Assembly (NCBI RefSeq): GCF_006345805.1
Contig: NC_043016.1
Location: forward strand, 21,576,001-21,640,000
Direction: 5' to 3'
Length of the DNA stretch: 64,000 nucleotides
From: Octopus sinensis
Lineage: Eukaryota
Positions 13,051 to 26,603 of the stretch are shown one piece after another. Position 1 is the stretch's first letter, and each line of letters starts with the position of its first letter. A program made the position numbers and the translations under genes. The notes under the pieces are model-generated. The model was not told the DNA's origin. It searched no databases and saw nothing but the letters and a program-made list of their open reading frames with translations.

Positions 13051-13607
13051 AGTCAAGATGAAGAGCACAGTTTGATTGTAATAGATATTTTATTGGTTGA
13101 ACGATATTTCGATAGCAAGTCTGTTTTGTTGTACCTTTGTGAAGAGTTACGTCAATCCTTTTAAAATATCAAGATCAAATAGATTGAGATGATTGATTTT
13201 ATGGTACACAGAATAAGAATTGGAACATGAAATTCTGGAAGTTACCAAAGCAGCCAGGTATCTAAGGAAAATCGTAATGTAAATTATAGCTTTTGCATTT
13301 TATTCCTTCTTACAGTTGGCTTGTCAGCCCTGTTAGTTTTTCTAGACCCCAGTGCTGTGCCCAAATCTGGGCCAATGGATTAAACTTAAAGACTGATGAT
13401 GTCATTCCATCAACGTGTGGACACTGGTTGCTCTTGTTTGTACTTTAAATTTAAATTTCTGTAATTTTGAATTTTTATCACTACTTATTTTGAACTTGAC
13501 AAAGACAGACTTACTGTCGAAATATTGTTCAACCAATAAAATATCTATTACATTCAAATCACACTCTTCATCTTGACTGTTTACCTTTGTGAAGAGTTAT
13601 GTCAATC
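13051..13607. mobile_element. Short Penelope-type element with an inverted partial terminal repeat
   Basis: 13051-13130 is the reverse complement of ~13500-13580; acctttgtgaagagtta(c/t)gtcaatc is directly repeated at ~13133 and ~13583; flanked by (ATT)n; hammerhead inside. Confidence 0.55.
13490..13532 (+). ncRNA. Minimal type I hammerhead motif (UUGACAA core)
   Basis: TTGAAC-TTGACAA-A-GACAG ACTTA CTGTC-GAAA-TAT-T-GTTCAA: perfect 6-bp stem I, 5-bp stem II, tiny palindromic stem III. Confidence 0.6.
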
Positions 13608-13630
13608 TTATTATTATTATTATTTGATAG

Positions 13631-13715
13631 GATTGGCTGGTCATCATTGCCACTTTTCAACAACTCTCAACCAGACTGGACTGTATAAAGATGTTGAAAC
13701 AATAAAAACTAATAG
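13631..13715 (+). CDS. Sorting nexin (SNX5/6/32-like) BAR domain, internal exon (LAGHHCHFSTTLNQTGLYKDVETIKTN)
   Basis: tttgatAG acceptor and GTGAGA donor; 85 nt, phase 1 to 2; joins in frame to the 15861 exon; position matches the helix preceding the conserved SNX5/6 C-terminal block. Confidence 0.65.
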
Positions 13716-13880
13716 GTGAGATATTTTGACTGATTTTTATGATGTTACATATGAGTTTCTCTAGATTTTACTTAAAGTGAATGTGATTTTTTAAAAAGTA
13801 TTCATTTGTTTTTTCATTATATATATTTAAAAGATGTTACATTTTTGTATTTAGTCTGCAAGATTTTTCATGTGAACTCC

Positions 13881-14254
13881 TATATTGAAACAGGGTTGTT
13901 ATGCCAAATATGAACACACACATTGGTTCTGTTTCATTTCTTCATTATTATTTGTCAATTGGCTAACTACTCAACCAATTAACTAATTGATTGTTTGGTT
14001 AATCATTCAGTCAATCAATCAAACTGCTAGTTTTGTCAGAGATAGACCTGAAATAGAGAGGGCAAATCATTGATGAGGTCACAAAAGGTGATTGACTTTA
14101 ACAAACCTACATATTGGATGGAATGACTGAATGATTAATCAAACAATCGATAAGTTAATTGGTTAAATAGTTAACTGATTGACAAATAAAAAAAAAAGTG
14201 AAACAGAACCAGTGTGTGTATCTATTATTGACATAATGACCCTCTTCGGATATA
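13881..14254. mobile_element. Foldback/MITE-like element with ~130-bp inverted arms
   Basis: cacacattggttctgtttca...ttggttaatcattcagtca is mirrored by tgactgaatgattaatcaaa...tgaaacagaaccagtgtgtg. Confidence 0.65.
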
Positions 14255-15860
14255 ACAAAATTACTAAATATTTAATGTGGAGAAAATTTAATCATAACTG
14301 CTAACTCTCATTCAATGTGATTTTAGTTTATTTATTCTTATGTGCTTTCACTTTTCCTTCATACAATTTCTGAAGTAAAATGGGAAGCAAACTGTACTTT
14401 ACTTGCCTACTTTCTGAGACGAACTGAGATCTTCTGAGATGAAGTACACCTCAAAATATATTTTACTCATATTCTTGGGTGGACTGGTCTGGTATTGCAT
14501 TTTACCTGTATACTTTCTGTGGTGAACTGGGTAGCAGGTCCTATTTTACTTGTTTAATTTCAGGAGTGTATTGGCTAGAGATTGTATTTTATTTGTAAAC
14601 TGGGATAAACTTGTCACACAATTTAATTTTACCTGTATGCATTCTGAGATGAATTGACAATAAATTTTATTTTGAATGTATAATTTATGTATGTATGGCA
14701 AAGTGATAATTTTATTGTATATTACATACTTACCATCTGCCAGAAAACTGTATATTATTTTTATCTATGTACTATTAATGGTAAAATAAGAAGAAAATTT
14801 TATTTTACCAATATACATTCTATTGTGAAGTAGTTAACAAAATGTATTTTACTTCTGTTCTTTCTGTGGTGAACTGACTAGAAAATTGTAAATAGTATAC
14901 TAAAGTAAATTGAAAAGTAAAATGTATTTCACATGTAAACTTTCTGGGGATATCCAGGTATCTTATTGAACTGTGTCTTACTATGTCTAGTCACTCTTCT
15001 AGGTACCCATTATTGTTCTTTGTTCCTCATGTTTTTTTTTCCATTATTTCCAGAGCTACTTAGCTTTTATAGTATTGTCTGGTATACTATTCCACAACAA
15101 TGTTAGCTTACATCTGATTGGATGTAAGCTAACACCCAATCAATTGGATGAATCTTTCTCTATTCACAGATCTGGGTTGTGACCCATAATAGCTTTATTC
15201 GTAGAAACTATTAGTTGTCTCTGTTATAGATCTGTATTTTCAAAATACATTTTTTTTCCCTTGAATGCTAGGATCCATAAGGCCAGTTACCTGGTTTTCA
15301 TGGCATATAAGTGACCAAGCTTGCAATATTCCCACTGAGCAGGGTGCCAGTCTTATACAAGGTTGAAGCATAACAGTTTTGAGGGGAGGATACAAGTTAC
15401 ATCACCCCCACTGCTTGACTGGCACTTTATTTTATTGACCCCAAAGGAATAAAAGGCAAAGTTGACCTTGACAGAATTTGAACTCAGAATGTAAAGTGTC
15501 AGAAGAAATGCTGCTATGCATTTTGTCCAACATGCTAATAATTCTGCCAGTTCACTGCCTTAAAATACTTATCACCTAGTACTTTTTTAGCCCTACACTG
15601 AGCTGAAAGATCTTTCAGCTGCTATTTCTGGCTTTTTCAAAGTGTCTTGTGTCTCTGAATGTATCTAGCTATTATGCCGTTCATCACTGGTTTACATAGT
15701 TGGTACATTCTCCATTAGGGAAAGACTTAGTATTCATAACTATATGTCCTTCCCATAATTTCTTCATAAGTATATCTACCTGACATGCATGTTTTCCTGA
15801 ATGGTAGTCAGACAGTTTTCTGAAGTTAGCATTTCACTTTAATCTCATTTGTTCTTACAG

Positions 15861-15900
15861 GATTATGGCATGCTTTAGCTTAAGCCTGGATGATTATAAG
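15861..15900 (+). CDS. Sorting nexin-like exon (IMACFSLSLDDYK)
   Basis: ttcttacAG acceptor, GTGAGC donor; 40 nt, phase 2 to 0; in frame with both neighbours. Confidence 0.75.
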
Positions 15901-16530
15901 GTGAGCTACCTACCAATTTCATTTTGTTTTGCTTTTTAATTTTAAAAAAATATTTTTCTGATGTTTCTCATTTTTAATTCTTTGCTTTTATAAATAAACT
16001 TACTTTTTTACATATATTTTTTACATGATTTTAAAATCTTTATGTCAAACATTACTTTTAGAAAAACTGTGTAAAATATGACTCTAAATTTTTTTACAAT
16101 TTATTTCCCTGACAGAGGTTTGTGACAAATGCAATGGTATATTTTTTAATTATAAAAGAAATTAAACTTGTGAACCAATATTAGGGCCATAACTATCTTT
16201 ATATGCACAAGTGATTTATCCAAAATAACAAATATATAATACTAGCATATTCTTAAAAACTAGCAACTCTAAAGATGCAGTCATAATGATGAATGTTTTA
16301 ATAATAAACATAAATTATTAATATTTTCTAATGCATTGAAAGTCATGTAAAAATCAATTTAGAATATTTTACTGTAAATATTATCATTCTACGTATATTG
16401 ATAGATTATTTTAACACTTAACTCTGGATAGAAAAGGTAAGACTATTGCTTTTCTCCTCCAAAAAACAGTATGTTATGTAGTTGAAATTGTAAATACCAT
16501 ACAAATCTATTCTTTTAATTTATATTTTAG

Positions 16531-16617
16531 CATGAACTTGAAGTATTAGCCAACAAAGATGAACAGACATTAGGATTTCTGCTGGAACTGTATGCAAGGT
16601 ATATGGATTCAGTCAAA
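16531..16617 (+). CDS. Sorting nexin-like exon (HELEVLANKDEQTLGFLLELYARYMDSVK)
   Basis: tattttAG acceptor, GTAAGT donor; 87 nt; resembles SNX6 EARVSADEDLKLSDLLKYYLRESQAAK. Confidence 0.85.
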
Positions 16618-17229
16618 GTAAGTGAAATATTTTACTTACCTGTATGAATGTATGCATGTCTGAAATTGTAAGCTACCTATATTGACAAAGACATATATCC
16701 TTAACAACTATCCACACTTACTACAAAATATACACTGTGAAATAGTGCATGTGTATCCTTTCAATGTATCTCTCAAGCAATTTTTGAAAAATTACTGGTG
16801 ATTATTGAGCAAGATATCTCTTGCTTAGTGGATAAATATGGGCATTTAGATGTTCAAAGTGTGGATTTTACCCAGCCTCTAACATTTTCACTCTGCCTTT
16901 TTAAAAATAGTTTTGAACATTTAGAAATAAGAAATTAAGAATCTACAATTTTTTGATAAAAAAATTTCTTTGTAATATATTTAAAAAAAAGTCCTCCATA
17001 GTCTATGAACATGCCAAGGACAAACATGGAGTCAACCTGGGTCAACTTGACATCTGCATTTTATCCAAGCACCCAAAGGACCCAACTCTCAGACAAATAC
17101 AGGAGTACATTCTCATAAATGAACATCTCCAGTACTAAATAGAAAATATACATAGTAGGTAATCATACCCCTACACCCACAGTTTATATTTATATACTGG
17201 TAGAATAGTTAGTGGGCTGTTATGTATAT

Positions 17230-17820
17230 ATATACATGTTTGTGTGTGTGTACGTGTATGTATATGCACATGTATGTAGGCAAATGGATAAGAATGTAAA
17301 CAAATAGACATACAGACAGATAGGTAATAGGAACAGACAAGTACACATACACACACACATATGCAAATAAAGACTGAAACACATGACCATATACACACTT
17401 TACTTCACACAAGAAAGGACACATATTGAGGCACACATCTATACATACAGGCACAAAAACCCATACACACACACAGACTCAGACACACTCAGACATACAC
17501 ACACAATGAGACAGAGATACACACATACATAGAAACACATACACACACACACATAAAAACACACAAACATGAACACACAAACACATGAATATGCAGAATA
17601 CATACATACAAATGTACACACATATGTACATATATACATATGCACACACACACACACATACATAGATGCATACACAAACTCGCATGCATGCATATATACA
17701 TAGATACATACATACATAGATGCATACACACACTCACATGCATGCATACATACATACATACATACATACATGTGTATGTGCACACACACTGACCCACACA
17801 CATGCACACAAACAAACAAA
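17230..17820. repeat. CA-rich degenerate simple repeat
   Basis: Direct inspection. Confidence 0.85.
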
Positions 17821-19657
17821 AAGAATGCAGTGTGAATAATGGACAGAGTGAACGACTATTGAAAAGGTTGCAAGACACAATGAAAAGTTTAGGAAAAATA
17901 AATAAATAAATGAGTGGAAACTTTACCGGTGTGTGTGTTAAATATTAAGGCACTAAAAGAGAATGACTCTCCCCGGACACATTAAAAAAAATATTTTATC
18001 AGAAACTGATTAATATAAGTGCTTTTACAACTGCAGTATTTCTTTTTTTTACCTATTAAATGGAGAAAAATTTGTGTAAGTTAAAAGTTGTAGAATAGTG
18101 TATGATGGTAGATATATTAGGAGTCAAAATAGTTGATAGATTTAAAATATTTATTTGTCTTAAAGATCTTGTGCATATGTATACATAAATATGTAGTTAA
18201 GTTTGTGGTAATTTGGAAAGCTTAACTAAAAGTAAATTATGCAGGAAGAAAAAAATATTTCAAATAAGCAAATATGGGAGACAACTTTAGAATGTTATTA
18301 TCAAAGGTTGTACGCCACAATACACATCAAAGTAATGTGGAAGAATTTCTGAGTAAATTTACAACTCTGGTTGTCTTAAAATTGTTTCAGGAATAATTTA
18401 TTCCCCAAATAATTCTAATTTTGAATCATCAGAAATTTAGGGAATAACTACTTGAAGCATTTGATGAGAAGGAAAGGGTGATAGAGATTAATAGAGGTAT
18501 TCTGTAAGTTTCTATGGGTCAACCTGCTGAAGATCTTAGACCAGATATGTAGTTGATGCAATGCCTTGTTTCAAACACCTGTCACTTTACAGAGTGTACT
18601 GGGTGCTTTGTTTTTTATAGCACCAGCACGAATGAGGTCACCAAGTAACTTGCAAGAGATGACTCCTTCACAGAATGGGGCAAGAGGTGCAGTATTAAGG
18701 TAGATGGCTTTGTGTTAGGTATTGATAGAAGGACAGGATCAGATGTCATGTTGTAGCTGAGATACATGGCTACCTCAATAAGAAAGGGAAAAAGAATGGT
18801 GTAGTAGAGGTGTCAGGGCATATTCTCAAAGTACAAGAAGGTTAATAAAGTGTTTTTCCACTAATAACATATCATTATCATAGATTGGATGAATCCTCAG
18901 AAGTGGAACATCTATCTCCAGTATTATTTCATCAAGCCTTATTATTAAAATTAGAGCTGGTTGGGTTTATATTTTCTACATTTAGGCTACCCCATCGTAC
19001 TTGAATTTCCTCTACACTCAATCTTGCCTTCTAGAACACCAACCCTCTGGAACTGCATACCTGCTCATATCTTTACTCTAGGTGTTGACTTTGCATAGGT
19101 TAAAGAAGAACATAGTAGCATCATCTCACCAACCTAGGAAGGCTTGTGAAGGCTATGAGCATTACTCCTTCTTTCAAATGCAGCAACTAAAAATAAAATT
19201 CCATTAAATTTTTCTAAGCTACAGTATAATGAGCTGGAAATATTCTTGGGATCTTCCAATCAGCACAAAGTTTTCTTTAAAACTTTACATATCTGATAGC
19301 AAGTAAATCTTAAACCTGGATATCTTAACATTTTGTAACTTCAATCTGATTTCTAGCTGTTTTAATATATTTTAGCTTTGATAATATTGGAGATGAATTC
19401 CTTTTAAATTAGTTAATTCATTTTCAAAGCAATTTTCTATTTCTTTCTATGCACACATGTACACAATAATTGCACTTCATAAGCTCAAAATGACCCCAAT
19501 TCATGTTAAAATAACAACTTTCTTTTTCATCTAATTCATAGACATCTAAAAAAGTTGTCACTTCTACTCGTGATCTAACTAAATTAAGCTTTCAAACAGA
19601 AGTGTCTTTATTAAGTTGTTTTTATCTACATGTTCCTACATTTTGTTGGTTTTGTAG

Positions 19658-19747
19658 GAGATGTTATTCCGGCGTACATGTCTCCTTGTTGATTTTGAAA
19701 ATGCTAATCGATTGTTGGAAAAGGCAAAACCCCCCAAAAAACAACAA
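19658..19747 (+). CDS. Sorting nexin-like exon (EMLFRRTCLLVDFENANRLLEKAKPPKKQQ)
   Basis: tttgtAG acceptor, GTAAGT donor; 90 nt; clear similarity to SNX5/6 DLLYRRSRSLVDYENANKALDKAR. Confidence 0.9.
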
Positions 19748-19989
19748 GTAAGTTTCTTGGTTTCTGTTTTCTATAAGAATCAAAAGAGAATTAACAAAAT
19801 TAAAGACAACTGGTATGAAACCAAATTTCACTTGTTTTTTTTTTAAACATTGGTAGATATTTTTAGAAAATGACAAAGAGAATAATACCATGTCATTTGA
19901 AAATTCCAGCTGACTGATCCTACACTTGCAGGTCTCAATACCACTTATAACCCAGCTGTGCATGAAATCTTGTTCATAAAGATTATGAA

Positions 19990-20860
19990 TAGGAGAGGTA
20001 ACAGAATGCACCCCTAATAGGATGCAACACCCACATTGAATGGCTTTGGCTTAGCACCATTTATCCAACCACAAATATTAGGGTATTCCTCTAGGGACTT
20101 CAAAGCAACAAGAAGCTGTCTATTGATCCCATATTCCTGCAGAACCTTCCACAACAAGTCCAATAGAATATAGTCATATGCCTTTCTGAAGTCTATGAAG
20201 CAAGTATACACCTCTTGACTATACCTCCACAGTTTCTCAAAAACCTAACATGGTGTAAATATTTGGGTGGGCTGTACTGCATCCAGGGTGCAAATCACAC
20301 TGTTCGTCAGCCAGCTTAGACTCAACAACATCCCTTCATCTCTTCACCAAACATCCAGCATAGACTTTACTGGGGAGGCTTAACAAGAAGATTCCTCTAT
20401 AATTAGAGCAATCTCTCTTGTTCTCCTTTTTGTAAATTGGGATTATCATTCTCAATTGTCAATGCCTTTCCAGAGATCCAGGCAATCTGTGCCATATGAG
20501 TCAGCCAGCCACAAGTATCACTGGAGAATACTAATTGGAGTAACAATAGAGTGCATAGCTCAAAGATCACAAAGGTGCTCTAGATAGAGCCATTACTTCT
20601 CCAAATTGAAAAATCACAGCTCCAATACAATGAACCTTGGTAAGAATGTCTTAGGAAAGAATTGCTGGGCAAGTTTTACAGGCAAAACCAACCAGCAGGA
20701 GACTTAGGGGTAAACCATGAATGAGATGGCTGGATAACATCATTGAGCTTGGTTGATCTTGCTTGATCAGCTGATCAACTGGAGACTGTTTCTTCTGACA
20801 GGACCTTATGAAGGTGTGCTTGAGGATTCTGCCCCCATAGCCCCCCAATGAATAAGTGGG
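19990..20860 (-). mobile_element. RTE-clade LINE fragment, second family
   Basis: YTCFIDFRKAYD..LLWKVLQEYGI RT motif. Confidence 0.75.
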
Positions 20861-21609
20861 TGAAACAGATGAGCTGAGACACAGAAGATAAATAATTACC
20901 TTAGAAGAACAGCTTCATTAATAGTAAATCATGAAACATGGGATCTCAATAATTCCTAATGAAATACCTGGAGCAAGGCAAGTATTCTTTAAAATGAAAG
21001 GTATTCATGGAAACGTGATGTTTGATATGATGGAGTTGTTTGTAAATAACACTTCTGACTTAGTATCTTTAAATATTATCAGATTATCTAAATCCTGTTG
21101 AAGGGATCCTTGACAATGTATGAAGTCAAGATTTCATAATAATTGTTAATTATGGTTTAAATATTAGATTTAAAAGAAAAGATGGAATAAATGGTGTGTA
21201 ATCGATGAAGTTAATAATGATTGGCAGGAGGAAAATAATTTGAAGCTACTACTGTTAATAAATTAGAAATTGGTCAGTAAACACTATCAGATATAGTATG
21301 GTTTACAAGAGACTAGTGAATCTTCACCTCTTCATATACTACTGACAGTATCTGCCTTGTCATGTAAAATATTTGTGTTGTATATTGTGCTGAAGCTTTT
21401 TACACAAAAAGCAAAGCCTAGAATGTCTGGAAAACTCACCCATCGTCAAAAACTGACAATTATCCAGAAATACATAATTTAGATTGCAAAAGATGATGTC
21501 ATACATTGTACAATTCAAGGTCTTCTATCTTCCAGATTGTAGTCAGTCCTTTCATCCTCTGTCAAAAGAATTTCCACCAATTTTGCAGAACATTATTTCC
21601 CTCTATTTC

Positions 21610-22130
21610 ACAAGACGGTTAGTTTTGTGAACAGTACCCCTGCAGAGAAAGCCTTCATCTTCATTACCAACTTTGCAACGTCAACATTGCACATGTTTAG
21701 CAAATCTCTTTTACATTTAAAACCTTCCACCTCTCTAGGTTCACCATATTGCAAATATACATGCCACAGATTAAAGTATTTGATATCAGCCCAAACCAGC
21801 AAGGCCACTTGTCCCTTCCATTACCCTCAAACAGAGCTAACCTTACCCTCATCACTTTTCAGTCTCTCCTTCTCTACAGAAACTACCCTAACTTTTGGAA
21901 ACATGCAACAGTTTGTTTCATCTCTAAAAATGACAAACCCTCTAAGCCAGCCAACTATCACATGATAGCGCTTATTTTTAAAATTTCTAAGATGATAGAG
22001 ACAGCCATTAACAATGACATCCTTCTTCCCCCCACCCCCTCTCTGATAATAACAGTATTATGGTTTACAGAAAAGCAGATGTACTTTTTTCTGTCATCTA
22101 CAAGCAAGCTCTTGCTTGGAAGTATTTAAA
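21610..22130 (+). mobile_element. CR1/Jockey-group LINE fragment
   Basis: WKHATVCFISKNDKPSKPANYHMIAL..ISKMIE resembles RT domain 0/1. Confidence 0.55.
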
Positions 22131-22298
22131 TGAAGGCAATGTTGTTGAGCTGAAATTCTTCCTATGAAAAATTATAATTAATTGTCATAAAATTATCATA
22201 TTCTCATTATTTTATAATTTCCTGTAAACTTTCTTACTATTATTGAAGAATAACATTTGTTTCTATTATAATAAATGATGTCACTCTCCATTTGACAG

Positions 22299-22364
22299 GC
22301 TGAAGAAAAAAAGGAAAGTTCTTGCAAAGCATTTGAAAGTTGTTCTGAAGTTGCACAGAATGAG
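22299..22364 (+). CDS. Sorting nexin-like exon (AEEKKESSCKAFESCSEVAQNE)
   Basis: tttgacAG acceptor, GTAAAT donor; 66 nt; resembles SNX6 AETSQQLCCQKFEKISESAKQE. Confidence 0.85.
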
Positions 22365-22679
22365 GTAAATTATTTTTCAAACAATGTCAACAGTATAATA
22401 TTTGCAAATGCAAAGAATAAATAATATAGCAGAAAATTATATTTAGATGTAAAGTTGAAAGGTAAATATCCACTAACATGTCATAGTAAGAGACTAATAA
22501 AATGATATGAATAGGAAAGGAAAATCCTATTCCTATTAGAAGTAGAGGATTTCTCACAAGCAACAGAAAGGTGTAAACAGAAACTCAATATTATGTTATC
22601 AGTGGAGATAGTACTTCTTTCCTGATCAAAAGCTATATATAATTTATTTTATTAATTGGAATTTAAAAGTATGAAATGA

Positions 22680-24180
22680 AGTGCATCCTGGGAAAAAGTT
22701 GAAACTCACAGAAGCTGAAGTCATAAAGACAATTAAAACACTCAAATGTGGCAAGGCTGCCAGTGAGGATGAAATAGAGCCAGAGATGTTAAAAGCCTTA
22801 AATGGAGAAAGTATTTCTCTGGTTGACTCATGTATAAGAGGTGACTTGGACATTGGAAAGACATTAAAGCAATAAGTATTTGGGAAATAATTCCAATTTT
22901 TAATGAGAGACAAAAGAGAGTGCCCTAATTATAGAGGAATCTCCTTCTTGAGCCTCCCTTGTAAAGTCTATGCTAGGTATTGGGAAAAGAGATGTTAAGG
23001 AAATTAAACTCAAGGTAGCTGAAGAGCAGTGTGGCTTCTATCCTGGATGCAGCACAACCTACCAGATACTCACTCTATTGCAGATCTTCAATAAGTCATT
23101 GGAATATTGTCAAGAGGTGTGTGCTTTGTAGACCTTGATAAGGCATATGATCACATGCCATAGGATATGCTGTGGAGGATTTTGCAAAAGTTTGATGTTA
23201 ATGGGCGACTTCCAGTTGCCATGAAGTTCCTATATGAATATCCAGATATTTGTGTTCAGGTAAATGGTGTTTAGTCAGAACATTTCAAAGTGGATGTTGG
23301 ACTTCAGCAGTATGTATACTGTCACCTCTACTTTTCATAATTTTCATGAATTGGATTGACATGCACAGCTGTCGTGGGAGTGATACCACAATTGGTGGGT
23401 ATAGGATCAGTCAGCTGATATTTGTAGATGCCATGGTTCTATTTGGATAATCAAAAAGTGATCTCCAGCATGCACTGAATGGGTTCACCGCTAAATACTT
23501 CAAGACAGAGATGAGAACTAAGTGACATAGTTCCCCTCATTCTGCATATTAGTGGAACTTTACTGTGACAAGTGGAGAAGATAAAGTATCTCAAGGTTCA
23601 TATTGACAAGTAGAGGCTGAAGTGATGCTAGGGTTGCAGGTGCTGGTACAGTAGCATTCCAGTTTCAGCATTCAGTCCTCAGAAGAGGAGAGTTTGGTAA
23701 AAAAAAAAAAGCTAAACTTGGTACCTTCAATTCAGTTTACGTGCCTATCCTCACCTATGGTCATGAATGTTGGGTAATGACTAAAAAAATATGATCACAA
23801 AGTCAAGTGACTCTAACAGGATTCCTTCAAAGGATCTCTGGATCAATGTTATTAAACAGGTTGTGGTAGCTTGGAGATCAGGGAGTCTCTCCAGGTTGAG
23901 CTGTTACTTCTCATTGGGAGATCACAGTTCTGATACTATGGACATGTGGTTAGAATGCTGCTGGAAAAAATCACAAGACAGATTCTTCAAGCCAAGTCAA
24001 CTGACAGGAGAACTAGGAGTAGACCAAGATTGAGATGCTGGGGTAGTATCCATACTCTTAGTTGGTCACGTAGGAATCCAGCCGAAAAGTGTAATAATGG
24101 TTGCTTCTGACAGAAGCCTATGGAGATGGTAGCCTTCTCAGGAATAGTGGGTGAAGAGAATGGATAGGTGGAGTATGAAA
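22680..24180 (+). mobile_element. RTE-clade LINE RT region to 3' end, second family, degenerate
   Basis: LKCGKAASEDEIEPEMLKAL, NYRGISFLS, VDLDKAYD, LSPLLFIIFMNWID, QLIFVDAMVL. Confidence 0.85.
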
Positions 24181-26027
24181 TTACAAGTCTATATTCTAGC
24201 ATTTTCCCATTCTGCTACCTTACTATCTTTTCAGGGCAAAATAATAAATACCTGAATAATACCATAGGATATTTAGAGTAGCTTACCACCATTTTAGATT
24301 GTAGTTTAACCTTTTTGACATCTGAGACTACTTATGGTTTTGTGATTTATAATTTATTCTAAAGCATTCATATGTGAATTAAAACCTTTCAGCATAATTT
24401 TACATGATAATTTTATGTTCAAAATACCAGCTTTATAATGTTTTGAAAGTTAATTATTTTAGTAAATCCTTCCAAATTTTTTTATTGTTTGCTATATTAA
24501 TTGAAACATATGGCAGTGTCTTTCACTAAAATATGGTCAAGAAAAGGTTGAATATTAGCTTGTAAAATACCTGCATAGGTTACTGCACACTTAATTTTTC
24601 AAATCACTTTACAACTCTTAAGTTGAGCAAGCTACATTCACTTCCTTATAGCTATCTAAGAAACATTAAGAAAATCAACTGGAAAGTACTTCAATATTTG
24701 ATGCCTATTTAATTTAGGAATCCATCAATTACAATGATTGTTAAATTATATATAAAATTTAGAATAAATCTATGTTGAATACATCAAAAATGATGAAGAA
24801 AATTTTTTGTAAACATTGGTATCATGTTTATTTTCTTGCTTTCCTAAACTCAGAATTAATATTTGAAGGTGACATCTACATGATACTCACCTGTGTGCTT
24901 TTACCTTATAACTGAGGATAAAATGGAAGTTTCCTTCCTACTTTTCTACATTTTGTCTTTCTTGCAACTTAAGGTTGTCTTAACAAAGACCAAGGTTCAA
25001 GTAAGCAAGAAAGCAGATAGGACTGTATTGGCTAACATTCCCAACACCCTCTCTGCTATGTCTGTCACTATACACACTCACTAACGCTACCACTTATATA
25101 CATCTGCTATGCCTTGCTAATCATTTATTCCCTGAACTATCATCCTTGAAGCACCCCTGCCTCACTCATCTTACCCCCAGTCCATACTGAGATTTTCCAT
25201 CAAGCTGCTCCTCCACTCCTGTTCATAATTCACATCTCATCCAATCTCTATCTGGTATTCTCTCACACTCATGTAACTACCCACTCCCATTGATCCACTG
25301 CCCATATCATCTCTTGCTTCTTGAGGGTTTTGCTCTTGTACCTCATTACCACCATCTTACCTTTTTCTCAGATACTCCTCCCACCCTTATATAAATGCAG
25401 AGTTGCCATGTATCACCTCTATGTCCTTGACATAAAAATTACCTATCTTCCTTCTCAATCCCACCACCACCACCACTTGGCCAAGAGAGCCTTTCCTTTT
25501 CCCTTTTTTCCTTCTTCCCCTTTTCTGTCTGGCAAGTTACTTGGTAATCCCATAGTGCCAATGGCACAAAAAACACCCAGCACATACTGTAAAGTAGTTG
25601 GTGTTAAGAAGGGTATCCAGGCATAGAAACCATGCCAAAGCTAAGATGGAGCATGTTGCAGCCTTGTAACTCATCAGAACCTGTCAAACCATGCAACCCA
25701 TACCAGCATAGAAAATGGATTAAAATGATAATGATTCTCACTTTTTCCCTAGCCATTATGGAATTCTCCACACTCCCTATACTCAACATTCTGTCTTCCC
25801 AAGAGTACCCATCCAGCTATTTTTCTCATCTTTAATCTCTATTTTCCTGATTTAGGCAGTAAATTTATCTCCTCCACAAATAATTATCTGACTCAAATCC
25901 CAATCAGAGATATCTTCAAGCTATAAGTTTAAGTACATTAGAAACCATATTGTTAAAGAAATATTCAGTTTCAGTAATTAGCCTTACTTTATAAAGGCAA
26001 ATATCTATCTGTAACTAAATTGCTTTA

Positions 26028-26260
26028 TGCTGTGTGGTTAAGAAGCTTGCTTCCTAGTCATGTAGTCTCAGGTTCAGTCCCACTGCATAGCATCTTGGGT
26101 AAATGTTTTCTGCTATAACCCTATACCAAGCAAAGCCTCATGAGTGGATTTGGTAAATGAAACTGAAAGCTGAAAGAAGTCATCATGTGTATGTGTATAT
26201 ATGTGTGTGTGTGTGTCTCTCTCAATGAGAATGTGTGTGTGTGTAGCCCTGAAATGGTGC
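26028..26260 (+). mobile_element. SINE 5' half
   Basis: ggttcagtcccactgc head homologous to the 33170 and 54452 copies. Confidence 0.7.
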
Positions 26261-26603
26261 ATCCTTGAGAAAAATGGATTTGACTTTCAAAGTCTGCACC
26301 CCAAAGAAAAGATTTTTGGTAAATAATAATCAAAAAATATTATTTGATACAAGAAATAACTCAACTCTTAGATCGCTAAATCTATTTCTTTCTATATGTC
26401 ATATCTTTTTTCATGCTTTCCCTCTCTATAAATATAACTACCACACTCTCTCTCACTCATTCTTCTGTATATCTCTCATGAATTCTGCTCCCTACCTCTC
26501 TTGATATGACATGTAATTGCTTTCATTTTCTTTAAAAATTCGTTGCTGTAAGGTTTGCTTTCATTTTGTGATAGACAGCTATCACACAGAAAATGCTAGT
26601 TAC

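Noticed and set aside
20900-20955. Minus-strand AG/GT-bounded segment
   Set aside because: Stop codons in all three frames
24891-24911. 21-nt minus-strand micro-exon with strong splice sites
   Set aside because: Only open in phase 2, which does not match the phase-0 end of the preceding candidate; may be chance
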